From Eledone cirrhosa (lineage: Eukaryota), in NCBI GenBank assembly GCA_964016885.1, contig OZ024760.1, positions 30,504,001 through 30,568,000 of the forward strand: a DNA stretch of 64,000 bases. Direction: 5' to 3'. The position numbers and the translations under genes are program-made. The stretch's first letter is position 1; each line of letters begins with the position of its first letter. The notes under the pieces were generated by a model that ran no database searches, was not told the DNA's origin, and worked only from the letters and a program-made list of their open reading frames with translations. Of the stretch, positions 44,040 to 56,643 are shown piece after piece.

Positions 44040-45230
44040 ATGTAAGTAATGTACTGTGTAATATCATGTAATGTAATATGAAGTGTAATGTAATGTAATG
44101 TAATGTAAAGTAATGTAACGTGTAATGTAACGTAATGTAATGTAATCTAACGTGTAATGTAATGTAATGTAATATAATGTAATGCAATGTAATGTAATGT
44201 GTAAAGTAATGTAATGTAATATAATGTAACGTGTAATGTAATGTAATGTAATGTAATGTAATGTAATGTGTAATGTAATGTAATGTGTAATGTAATGTAA
44301 TGTACTGTGTAATGTCATGTAATGTAATATGAAGTGTAATGTAATGTAATGTAATGTAATGTAACGTGAATATGTAACGTAATGTAATGTAATCTAACGT
44401 GTAATGTAATGTAATGTAATGTAATGTAATGTAATGTAATGTAATGTAATGTAATGTAATGTAATGTAATGTCTAGTGTAATGTAACGTAATGTAATGTA
44501 ATGTGTAATGTAATGTAATGTAATGTAATGTGTAATGTAATGTGTAATGTAATGTAATGTAATGTAATGTAATGTAATGTGTAATGTAATGTGTAATGTA
44601 ATGTAATGTAACGTAATGTAATGTAATGTAATGTAATGTAAGTAATGTACTGTGTAATATCATGTAATGTAATATGAAGTGTAATGTAATGTAATGTAAT
44701 GTAAAGTAATGTAACGTGTAATGTAACGTAATGTAATGTAATCTAACGTGTAATGTAATGTAATGTAATATAATGTAATGCAATGTAATGTAATGTGTAA
44801 AGTAATGTAATGTAATATAATGTAACGTGTAATGTAATGTAATGTAATGTAATGTAATGTAATGTGTAATGTAATGTAATGTGTAATGTAATGTAATGTA
44901 CTGTGTAATGTCATGTAATGTAATATGAAGTGTAATGTAATGTAATGTAATGTAATGTAACGTGAATATGTAACGTAATGTAATGTAATCTAACGTGTAA
45001 TGTAATGTAATGTAATGTAATGTAATGTAATGTAATGTAATGTAATGTAATGTAATGTAATGTAATGTCTAGTGTAATGTAACGTAATGTAATGTAATGT
45101 GTAATGTAATGTAATGTAATGTAATGTGTAATGTAATGTGTAATGTAATGTAATGTAATGTAATGTAATGTAATGTGTAATGTAATGTGTAATGTAATGT
45201 AATGTAACGTAATGTAATGTAATGTAACGT
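44040..45230 (+). repeat. Tandem duplication, period 596 bp
   Basis: AAGTAATGTACTGTGTAATATCATG at 44044/44640; CTAG at 44473/45069. The identical artefact ORFs at 44064 and 44660 show the same offset. Confidence 0.88.
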
Positions 45231-45249
45231 AATGTAATGTAACGTAATG

Positions 45250-46700
45250 TAATGTAATGTGTAATATAATGTAATGTAATGTAATGTAATGTAATGTGTA
45301 ATGTAATGTAATGTGTAATGTAATGTAATGTATAATGTAATGTAATGTAATGTAACGTAACGTAACGTAATGTAATGTAATGTAATGTAATGTAATGTGT
45401 AATGTAATGTAATGTGATGTAATGTGTAATGTAATGTAATGTAATGTAATGTAATGTAATGTGTAATGTAATGTGTAATGTAATGTAATGTAATGTAATG
45501 TAATGTAATGTAATATAATGTGTAATGTAATGTAATGTAATGTAATGTGTCATGTAATGTAATGTAATGTGTAATGTAATGTAATGTAATGTAATGTAAT
45601 GTAATGTGTAATGTAAGGTAACATAATGTAATGTAATGTAATGTGTAATGTAATGTAATGTGTAATGTAATGTAATGTAATGTAATGTAATGTAATGTAA
45701 TGTGTAATGTAATGTAATGTAATGTAATGTAACGTAATGTAATGTAATGTAATGTAATGTAATGTAATGTGTAATGTAATGTAATGTAATGTAATGTAAT
45801 GTGTAATGTAATGTGTAATGTAATGTAACGTAATGTAATGTGTAATGTAATGTAATGTAATGTAATGTAATGTAATGTAATGTAATGTAATGTGTAATGT
45901 AATGTAATGTAATGTAATGTAATGTGTAATGTAATGTAATGTAATGTAATGCAATGTGTAATGTAATGTAATGTAATGTAATGTAATGTAATGTGTAATG
46001 TAATGTAATGTGTAATGTAATGTAATGTAATGTAATGTAATGTGTAATGTAATGTAATGTAATGTAATGTAATGTGTAATATAATGTAATGTAATGTAAT
46101 GTAATGTAATGTGTAATGTAATGTAATGTGTAATGTAATGTAATGTATAATGTAATGTAATGTAATGTAACGTAACGTAACGTAATGTAATGTAATGTAA
46201 TGTAATGTAATGTGTAATGTAATGTAATGTGATGTAATGTGTAATGTAATGTAATGTAATGTAATGTAATGTAATGTGTAATGTAATGTGTAATGTAATG
46301 TAATGTAATGTAATGTAATGTAATATAATGTGTAATGTAATGTAATGTAATGTAATGTGTCATGTAATGTAATGTAATGTGTAATGTAATGTAATGTAAT
46401 GTAATGTAATGTAATGTGTAATGTAAGGTAACATAATGTAATGTAATGTAATGTGTAATGTAATGTAATGTGTAATGTAATGTAATGTAATGTAATGTAA
46501 TGTAATGTAATGTGTAATGTAATGTAATGTAATGTAATGTAACGTAATGTAATGTAATGTAATGTAATGTAATGTAATGTGTAATGTAATGTAATGTAAT
46601 GTAATGTAATGTGTAATGTAATGTGTAATGTAATGTAACGTAATGTAATGTGTAATGTAATGTAATGTAATGTAATGTAATGTAATGTAATGTAATGTAA
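45250..46700 (+). repeat. Tandem duplication, period about 810 bp
   Basis: (AACGT)3 at 45354/46169, GTGTCATG at about 45547/46357, AGGTAACAT at 45616/46426. Confidence 0.8.
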
Positions 46701-48880
46701 TGTGTAATGTCATGTAATGTAATGTAATGTGTAATGTAATGTAATGTAATGTCATGTAATGTAATGTGTAATGTAAGGTAATGTAATGTAATGCAATGTA
46801 ATGTAATGTGTAATGTAATGTAATGTAATGTAATGTATTGTAATGTGTAATGTAATGTAATGTAATGTAATGTAATGTAATGTAATGTAATGTGTAATGT
46901 AATGTAATGTAATGTAATGTAATGTAATGTGTAATGTAATGTAATGTAATGTAATGTAATGTAACGTAATGTAATGTAATGTAGTGTAATGTAATGTGTA
47001 ATGTAATGTGTAATGTAATGTGTAATGTAATGTAATGTAATGTAATATAATCTAATGTAATGTAATCTAATGTGTAAAGTAATGTAATGTAATATAATGT
47101 AATGAGTAATGTAATGTAATGTAATGTAATGTAATGTGTAACGTAACGTAATGTAATGTAATGTAATGTAATGTAATGTGTAATGTGTAATGTGTAATGT
47201 AATGTAATGTAATGTAATGTAATGTAATGTGTAATGTAATGTAATGTAACGTAATGTAATGTAATGTAATGTAATGTGTAATGTAATGTAATGTAATGTA
47301 ATATAATGTAAAGTGTAACGTAATGTAATGTAATGTAATGTGTAATGTAATGTAATGTAATGTAATGTAATGTAATGTAATGTAATGTGTAATGTAATGT
47401 AATGTGTAATGTAATGTAATGTAATGTAATGTAATGTAATGTGTAATGTAATGTAATGTAATGTAATGTAACGTAATGTAATGTAATGTAATGTAATGTA
47501 ATGTAATGTGTAATGTAATGTAATGTAATGTAATGTAATGTGTAATGTAATGTGTAATGTAATGTAATGTAATGTAATGTGTAATGTTATGTAATGTAAT
47601 GTAATGTAATGTAATGTAATGTAATGTGTAATGTAATGTAATGTAATGTAATGTAATGTGTAATGTAATGTAATGTAATGTAATGCAATGTGTAATGTAA
47701 TGTAATGTAATGTAATGTGTAATGTCATGTAATGTAATGTAATGTGTAATGTAATGTAATGTAATGTCATGTAATGTAATGTGTAATGTAAGGTAATGTA
47801 ATGTAATGCAATGTAATGTAATGTGTAATGTAATGTAATGTAATGTAATGTATTGTAATGTGTAATGTAATGTAATGTAATGTAATGTAATGTAATGTAA
47901 TGTAATGTGTAATGTAATGTAATGTAATGTGTAATGTAATGTAATGTAATGTAATGTAATGTAACGTAATGTAATGTAATGTAGTGTAATGTAATGTGTA
48001 ATGTAATGTGTAATGTAATGTAATGTAATGTAATATAATCTAATGTAATGTAATCTAATGTGTAAAGTAATGTAATGTAATATAATGTAATGAGTAATGT
48101 AATGTAATGTAATGTAATGTAATGTAATGTAATGTGTAACGTAACGTAATGTAATGTAATGTAATGTAATGTAATGTGTAATGTGTAATGTGTAATGTAA
48201 TGTAATGTAATGTAATGTAATGTAATGTGTAATGTAATGTAATGTAACGTAATGTAATGTAATGTAATGTAATGTAATGTGTAATGTAATGTAATGTAAT
48301 GTAATATAATGTAAAGTGTAACGTAATGTAATGTAATGTAATGTGTAATGTAATGTAATGTAATGTAATGTAATATAATGTAATGTAATGTAATGTAATG
48401 TAATGTAATGTAGTGTAATATAATGTAATATAATGTAATGTGTAATGTAATGTAATGTAATGTGTAATGTAATGTAATGTAATGTAATGTAATGTGTAAT
48501 GTCATGTAATGTAATGTAATTGAATGTAATGTAATGTGTAATGTAAGGTAACGTAATGTAATGTAATGTAATGTAATGTGTAATGTAATGTAATGTAATG
48601 TAATGTGTAATTTAATGTAATGTAATGTAATGTAATGTAATGTAATGTGTAATGTAATGTAATGTAATGTAATGTAATGTGTAATGTAATGTAATGTAAT
48701 GTAATGTAATGTAATGTGTAATGTAATGTAATGTAATGTAATGTAATGTAATGTATGGTAATGTAATGTAATGTAATGTAATGTGTAATGGAATGTAATG
48801 TAATGTAATGTAATGTAATATAATGTGTAATGTAATGTAATGTAATGTAATGTAATGTGTAATGTAATGTAATGTAATGT

Positions 48881-49378
48881 AATATAATATAATATAATAT
48901 AATATAATATAATATAATATAATATAATATAATATAATATAATATAAAATAATATAATATAATATGTAATGTAATGTAATGTAATGTAATGTGTAATGTA
49001 ATGTAATGTAATGTAATGTGTAATTTAATGTAATGTAATGTAATGTAATGTAATGTAATGTGTAATGTAATGTAATGTAATGTAGTGTAATGTGTAATGT
49101 AATGTAATGTAATGTAATGTAATGTAATGTGTAATGTAATGTAATGTAATGTAATGTAATGTAATGTAATGTATGGTAATGTAATGTAATGTAATGTAAT
49201 GTGTAATGGAATGTAATGTAATGTAATGTAATGTAATATAATGTGTAATGTAATGTAATGTAATGTAATGTAATGTGTAATGTAATGTAATGTAATGTAA
49301 TATAATATAATATAATATAATATAATATAATATAATATAATATAATATAATATAATATAATATAAAATAATATAATAT
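48881..49378 (+). repeat. Paired (AATAT)n islands (48881-48965; 49299-49378), AAAAT type
   Basis: Read directly; offset 418 bp. Confidence 0.93.
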
Positions 49379-52300
49379 GTAATGTAATGTAATGTAATGT
49401 AATGTAATGTAATGTGTAATGTAATGTAATGTAATGTAATGTAATGTAATGTAATGTAATGTAATGTAATGTGTAATGTAATGTAATGTAACGTAATGTA
49501 ATGTAATGTAATGTGTAATTTAATGTAATGTAATGTATTGTAATGTAATGTAATGTAATGTAATGTAATGTAATGTAATGTAATGTAATGTAATGTAATG
49601 TAATGTAATGTAATGTAATGTAATGTATGGTAATGTAATGTAATGTAATGTAATGTAATGTAATGTATGGTAATGTAATGTAATGTAATGTAATGTGTAA
49701 TGGAATGTAATGTAATGTAATGTAATGTATTGTAATGTAATGTAATGTGTAATGTAATGTAATGTAATGTAATGTAATGTAATGTAATGTAATGTAATGT
49801 ATGGTAATGTAATGTAATGTGTAATGTAAGGTAACGTAATGTAATGTAATGTGTAATGTAATGTAATGTAATGTGTAATTTAATGTAATGTAATGTAATG
49901 TAATGTAATGTAATGTGTAACGTAATGTGTAATATAATTTAATGTAATGTAATGTAATATAATGTAATGTGTAATGTAATGTGTAACGTAATGTAATGTA
50001 ACGTAATGTAATGTACTGTGTAATGTAATGTAATGTAATGTAATGTACAGTAATGTAATGTGTAATGTAATGTAATGTGTAATGTAATGTAATGTATAAT
50101 GTAATGTAATGTAATGTAATGTAATGTGTAACGTAATGTGTAACGTAATGTAATGTAATGTAATGTAATGTAATTTAATGTAATGTGTAATGTGTAACGT
50201 GTAATGTAATGTAATGTAATGTAATGTAATGTAATGTGTAATGTAATGTAATGTAATGTAATGTAATGTAATGTAATGTGTAATGTGTAACGTGTAATGT
50301 AATGTAATGTAATGTAATGTAATGTAATGTAATGTAATGTGTAATGTAATGTAATGTAATGTAATGTGAAATGTAATGTAATGTAATGTAATGTAATGTG
50401 TAATGTAATGTAATGTAATGTGTAATGTAATGTAATGTAATGTAATGTAATGTGTAATGTAATGTAATGTAATGTGTAATGTAATGTAATGTAATGTAAT
50501 GTAATATAATGTAATGTAATGTGTAATGTAATGTAATGTAATGTAATGTGTAATGTAATGTAATGTAATGTAATGTGTAATGTAATGTAATGTAATGTAA
50601 TGTAATGTGTGATGTCATGTCATGTAATGTAATGTAATGTGTAATGTAATGTAATGTAATGTAATGTAATATGTAATGTAAGGTAACGTAATGTAATGTG
50701 TAATGTAATTTAATGTAATGTAATGTGTAATTTAATGTAATGTAATGAAATGTAATGTAACGTAATGTTTAATGTAATGTAATGTAATGTAATGTAATGT
50801 AATGTAATGTAATGTGTAATGTGTAATGTAATGTAATGTAATGTAATGTGTAATGTAATGTAATGTAATGTAATGTAATGTAATGTAATGTTATGTAATG
50901 TATGGTAATGTAATGTAATGTAATGTGTAATGTAATGTAATGTAATGTAATGTAATGTAATGTAATGTAATGTAAGTAATGTACTGTGTAATATCATGTA
51001 ATGTAATATGAAGTGTAATGTAATGTAATGTAATGTAAAGTAATGTAACGTGTAATGTAACGTAATGTAATGTAATCTAACGTGTAATGTAATGTAATGT
51101 AATATAATGTAATGCAATGTAATGTAATGTGTAAAGTAATGTAATGTAATATAATGTAACGTGTAATGTAATGTAATGTAATGTGTAATGTAATGTAATG
51201 TGTAATGTAATGTAATGTACTGTGTAATGTCATGTAATGTAATATGAAGTGTAATGTAATGTAATGTAATGTAATGTAACGTGAATATGTAACGTAATGT
51301 AATGTAATCTAACGTGTAATGTAATGTAATGTAATGTAATGTAATGTAATGTAATGTAATGTAATGTAATGTAATGTAATGTAATGTCTAGTGTAATGTA
51401 ACGTAATGTAATGTAATGTGTAATGTAATGTAATGTAATGTAATGTGTAATGTAATGTGTAATGTAATGTAATGTAATGTAATGTAATGTAATGTGTAAT
51501 GTAATGTGTAATGTAATGTAATGTAACGTAATGTAATGTAATGTAACGTAATGTAATGTAACGTAATGTAATGTAATGTGTAATATAATGTAATGTAATG
51601 TAATGTAATGTAATGTGTAATGTAATGTAATGTGTAATGTAATGTAATGTATAATGTAATGTAATGTAATGTAACGTAACGTAACGTAATGTAATGTAAT
51701 GTAATGTAATGTAATGTGTAATGTAATGTAATGTGATGTAATGTGTAATGTAATGTAATGTAATGTAATGTAATGTAATGTGTAATGTAATGTGTAATGT
51801 AATGTAATGTAATGTAATGTAATGTAATGTAATATAATGTGTAATGTAATGTAATGTAATGTAATGTGTCATGTAATGTAATGTAATGTGTAATGTAATG
51901 TAATGTAATGTAATGTAATGTAATGTGTAATGTAAGGTAACGTAATGTAATGTAATGTAATGTGTAATGTAATGTAATGTGTAATGTAATGTAATGTAAT
52001 GTAATGTAATGTAATGTAATGTGTAATGTAATGTAATGTAATGTAATGTAACGTAATGTAATGTAATGTAATGTAATGTAATGTAATGTGTAATGTAATG
52101 TAATGTAATGTAATGTAATGTGTAATGTAATGTGTAATGTAATGTAATGTAATGTAATGTGTAATGTAATGTAATGTAATGTAATGTAATGTAATGTAAT
52201 GTAATGTAATGTGTAATGTAATGTAATGTAATGTAATGTAATGTGTAATGTAATGTAATGTAATGTAATGCAATGTGTAATGTAATGTAATGTAATGTAA

Positions 52301-53460
52301 TGTGTAATGTCATGTAATGTAATGTAATGTGTAATGTAATGTAATGTAATGTCATGTAATGTAATGTGTAATGTAAGGTAATGTAATGTAATGCAATGTA
52401 ATGTAATGTGTAATGTAATGTAATGTAATGTAATGTATTGTAATGTGTAATGTAATGTAATGTAATGTAATGTAATGTAATGTAATGTAATGTGTAATGT
52501 AATGTAATGTAATGTAATGTGTAATGTAATGTAATGTAATGTAATGTAATGTAACGTAATGTAATGTAATGTAGTGTAATGTAATGTGTAATGTAATGTG
52601 TAATGTAATGTAATGTAATGTAATATAATCTAATGTAATGTAATCTAATGTGTAAAGTAATGTAATGTAATATAATGTAATGAGTAATGTAATGTAATGT
52701 AATGTAATGTAATGTGTAACGTAACGTAATGTAATGTAATGTAATGTAATGTAATGTAATGTGTAATGTGTAATGTGTAATGTAATGTAATGTAATGTAA
52801 TGTAATGTAATGTGTAATGTAATGTAATGTAACGTAATGTAATGTAATGTAATGTAATGTGTAATGTAATGTAATGTAATGTAATATAATGTAAAGTGTA
52901 ACGTAATGTAATGTAATGTAATGTGTAATGTAATGTAATGTAATGTAATGTAATATAATGTAATGTAATGTAATGTAATGTAATGTAATGTAGTGTAATA
53001 TAATGTAATATAATGTAATGTGTAATGTAATGTAATGTAATGTGTAATGTAATGTAATGTAATGTAATGTAATGTGTAATGTCATGTAATGTAATGTAAT
53101 TGAATGTAATGTAATGTGTAATGTAAGGTAACGTAATGTAATGTAATGTAATGTAATGTGTAATGTAATGTAATGTAATGTAATGTGTAATTTAATGTAA
53201 TGTAATGTAATGTAATGTAATGTAATGTGTAATGTAATGTAATGTAATGTAATGTAATGTGTAATGTAATGTAATGTAATGTAATGTAATGTAATGTGTA
53301 ATGTAATGTAATGTAATGTAATGTAATGTAATGTAATGTATGGTAATGTAATGTAATGTAATGTAATGTGTAATGGAATGGAATGTAATGTAATGTAATG
53401 TAATATAATGTGTAATGTAATGTAATGTAATGTAATGTAATGTGTAATGTAATGTAATGT

Positions 53461-53540
53461 AATATAATATAATATAATATAATATAATATAATATAATAT
53501 AATATAATATAATATAATATAATATAAAATAATATAATAT
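53461..53540 (+). repeat. (AATAT)n island, 80 bp, AAAAT type, single
   Basis: Read directly. Confidence 0.95.
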
Positions 53541-56500
53541 GTAATGTAATGTAATGTAATGTAATGTAATGTAATGTGTAATGTAATGTAATGTAATGTA
53601 ATGTAATGTAATGTAATGTAATGTAATGTAATGTAATGTGTAATGTAATGTAATGTAACGTAATGTAATGTAATGTAATGTGTAATGTAATGTAATGTAA
53701 TGTAATGTAATGTAATGTCTAATGTAATGTATGTAATGTAATGTAATGTAATGTGTAATGTAATGTAATGTAATGTAATGTAATGTGTAATGTAATGTGT
53801 AATATAATTTAATGTAATGTAATGTAATGTAATGTAATGTAATGTAATGTGTAATGTAATGTGTAACGTAATGTAATGTAACGTAATGTAATGTACTGTG
53901 TAATGTAATGTAATGTAATGTAATGTAATGTAATGTACAGTAATGTAATGTGTAATGTAATGTAATGTGTAATGTAATGTAATGTATAATGTAATGTAAT
54001 GTAATGTAATGTAATGTGTAACGTAATGTGTAACGTAATGTAATGTAATGTAATGTAATGTAATGTAATGTAATGTAAAGTGTAATGTGTAACGTGTAAT
54101 GTAATGTAATGTAATGTAATGTAATATAATGTAATGTAATGTGTAATGTAATGTAATGTAATGTAATGTGAAATGTAATGTAATGTAATGTAATGTAATG
54201 TGTAATGTAATGTAATGTAATGTAATGTAATGTGTAATGTCATGTCATGTAATGTAATGTAATGTGTAATGTAATGTAATGTAATGTAATATGTAATGTA
54301 AGGTAACGTAATGTAATGTAATGTAATGTAATGTAATGTAATGTAATGTGTAATGTAATGTAATGTAATGTAATGTGTAATTTAATGTAATGTAATGAAA
54401 TGTAATGTAACGTAATGTTTAATGTAATGTAATGTAATGTAATGTGTAATGTGTAATGTAATGTAATGTAATGTAATGTGTAATGTAATGTAATATAATG
54501 TAATGTAATGTAATGTAATGTAATGTATGGTAATGTAATGTAATGTGTAATGTAATGTAATGTAATGTAATGTAATGTAATGTAATGTAATGTAATGTAA
54601 TGTAATGTAAGTAATGTACTGTGTAATGTCATGTAATGTAATATGAAGTGTAATGTAATGTAATGTAATGTAAAGTAATGTAACGTGTAATGTAACGTAA
54701 TGTAATGTAATCTAACGTGTAATGTAATGTAACGTAATGTAATGTAATGTAATGCAATGTAATGTAATGTGTAAAGTAATGTAATGTAATATAATGTAAC
54801 GTGTAATGTAATGTAATGTAATGTAATGTAATGTAATGTGTAATGTAATGTAATGTGTAATGTAATGTAATGTACTGTGTAATGTCATGTAATGTAATAT
54901 GAAGTGTAATGTAACGTAATGTAATGTAATCTAACGTGTAATGTAATGTAATGTAATGTAATGTAATGTAATGTAATGTAATGTAATGTAATGTAATGTC
55001 TAGTGTAATGTAACGTAATGTAATTTAATGTGTAATGTAATGTAATGTAATGTAATGTGTAATGTAATGTGTAATGTAATGTAATGTAATGTAATGTAAT
55101 GTAATGTAATGTAATATAATGTAATGTGTAATGTAATGTGTAATGTAATGTAATGTAACGTAATGTAATGTAATGTAACGTAATGTAATGTAATGTGTAA
55201 TATAATGTAATGTAATGTAATGTAATGTAATGTAATGTAATGTGTAATGTAATGTAATGTGTATGTAATGTAATGCATAATGTAATGTAATGTAATGTAA
55301 TGTAACGTAATGTAATGTAATGTAATGTAATGTAATGTAATGTGTAATGTAATGTAATGTGATGTAATGTGTAATGTAATGTAATGTAATTTAATGTAAT
55401 GTAATATAATGTAATGTAATATAATGTAATGTAATGTGTAATGTAATGTAATGTAATGTAATGTGATGTAATATAATGTGTAATGTAATGTAATGTAATG
55501 TAATGTGTCATGTAATGTAATGTAATGTAATGTAATGTAATGTAATGTAATGTGTAATGCAATGTAATGTAATGTAAGGTAACGTAATGTAATGTAATGT
55601 AATGTGTAATGTAATGTAATGTAAAGTAATGTGTAATGTAATGTAATGTAATGTAATGTAATGTAATGTGTAATGTAATGTAATGTAACGTAATGTAATG
55701 TAATGTAATGTGTAATGTAATGTAATGTAATGTAATGTAATGTAATGTAATGTAATGTGTAATGCAATGTAATGTAATGTAATGTAACGTAATGTAATGT
55801 AATGTAATGTAATGTAATGTAACGTGTAATGTAATGTAATGTAATGTAATGTGTAATGTAATGTGTAATGTAATGTAATGTAATGTAATGTGTAATGTAA
55901 TGTAATGTAATGTAATGTAATGTAATGTGTAATGTAATGTAATGTAATGTAATGTAATGTAATGTGTAATGTAATGTAATGTAATGTAATGTAATGTAAT
56001 GTGTAATGTAATGTAATGTAATGTAATGTGTAATGTAATGTAATGTAATGTAATGTAATATAATGTAATGTAATGTAATGTAATGTAATGTAATGTAGTG
56101 TAATATAATGTAATATAATGTAATGTGTAATGTAATGTAATGTAATGTGTAATGTAATGTAATGTAATGTAATGTAATGTGTAATGTCATGTAATGTAAT
56201 GTAATTGAATGTAATGTAATGTGTAATGTAAGGTAACGTAGTGTAATGTAATGTAATGTAATGTGTAATGTAATGTAATGTAATGTAATGTGTAATTTAA
56301 TGTAATGTAATGTAATGTAATGTAATGTAATGTGTAATGTAATGTAATGTAATGTAATGTAATGTAATGTGTAATGTAATGTAATGTAATGTAATGTAAT
56401 GTAATGTAATGTATGGTAATGTAATGTAATGTAATGTAATGTGTAATGGAATGTAATGTAATGTAATGTAATGTAATATAATGTGTAATGTAATGTAATG

Positions 56501-56548
56501 TAATGTAATGTAATGTAATGTAATGTGTAATGTAATGTAATGTAATGT

Positions 56549-56643
56549 AATATAATATAATATAATATAATATAATATAATATAATATAATATAATATAA
56601 TATAATATAATATAATATAATATAATATAATATAACATAATAT
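56549..56643 (+). repeat. (AATAT)n island, 95 bp, AACAT in the penultimate position
   Basis: Read directly. Confidence 0.95.

Larger units (their letters stand above)
33661..54238 (+). repeat. Block of four A-type HOR units (4455, 5578, 6920 and 3625 bp) marked by AAAAT-containing islands
   Basis: GTGTGATGTCATGTCATG heads at 33661, 38116, 43694 and 50614. All seven islands in the block carry AAAAT instead of AACAT. All four units carry GTTATG (33947, 38402, 43965, 50890) and (AACGT)3. Confidence 0.85.

Noticed and set aside
2809-50899. Perfect PAR-bZIP D-box matches GTTATGTAAT (2809, 33947, 38402, 43965, 47586, 50890)
   Set aside because: One substitution from the consensus repeat and mostly multiplied by HOR duplication; expected by chance, with no gene nearby.
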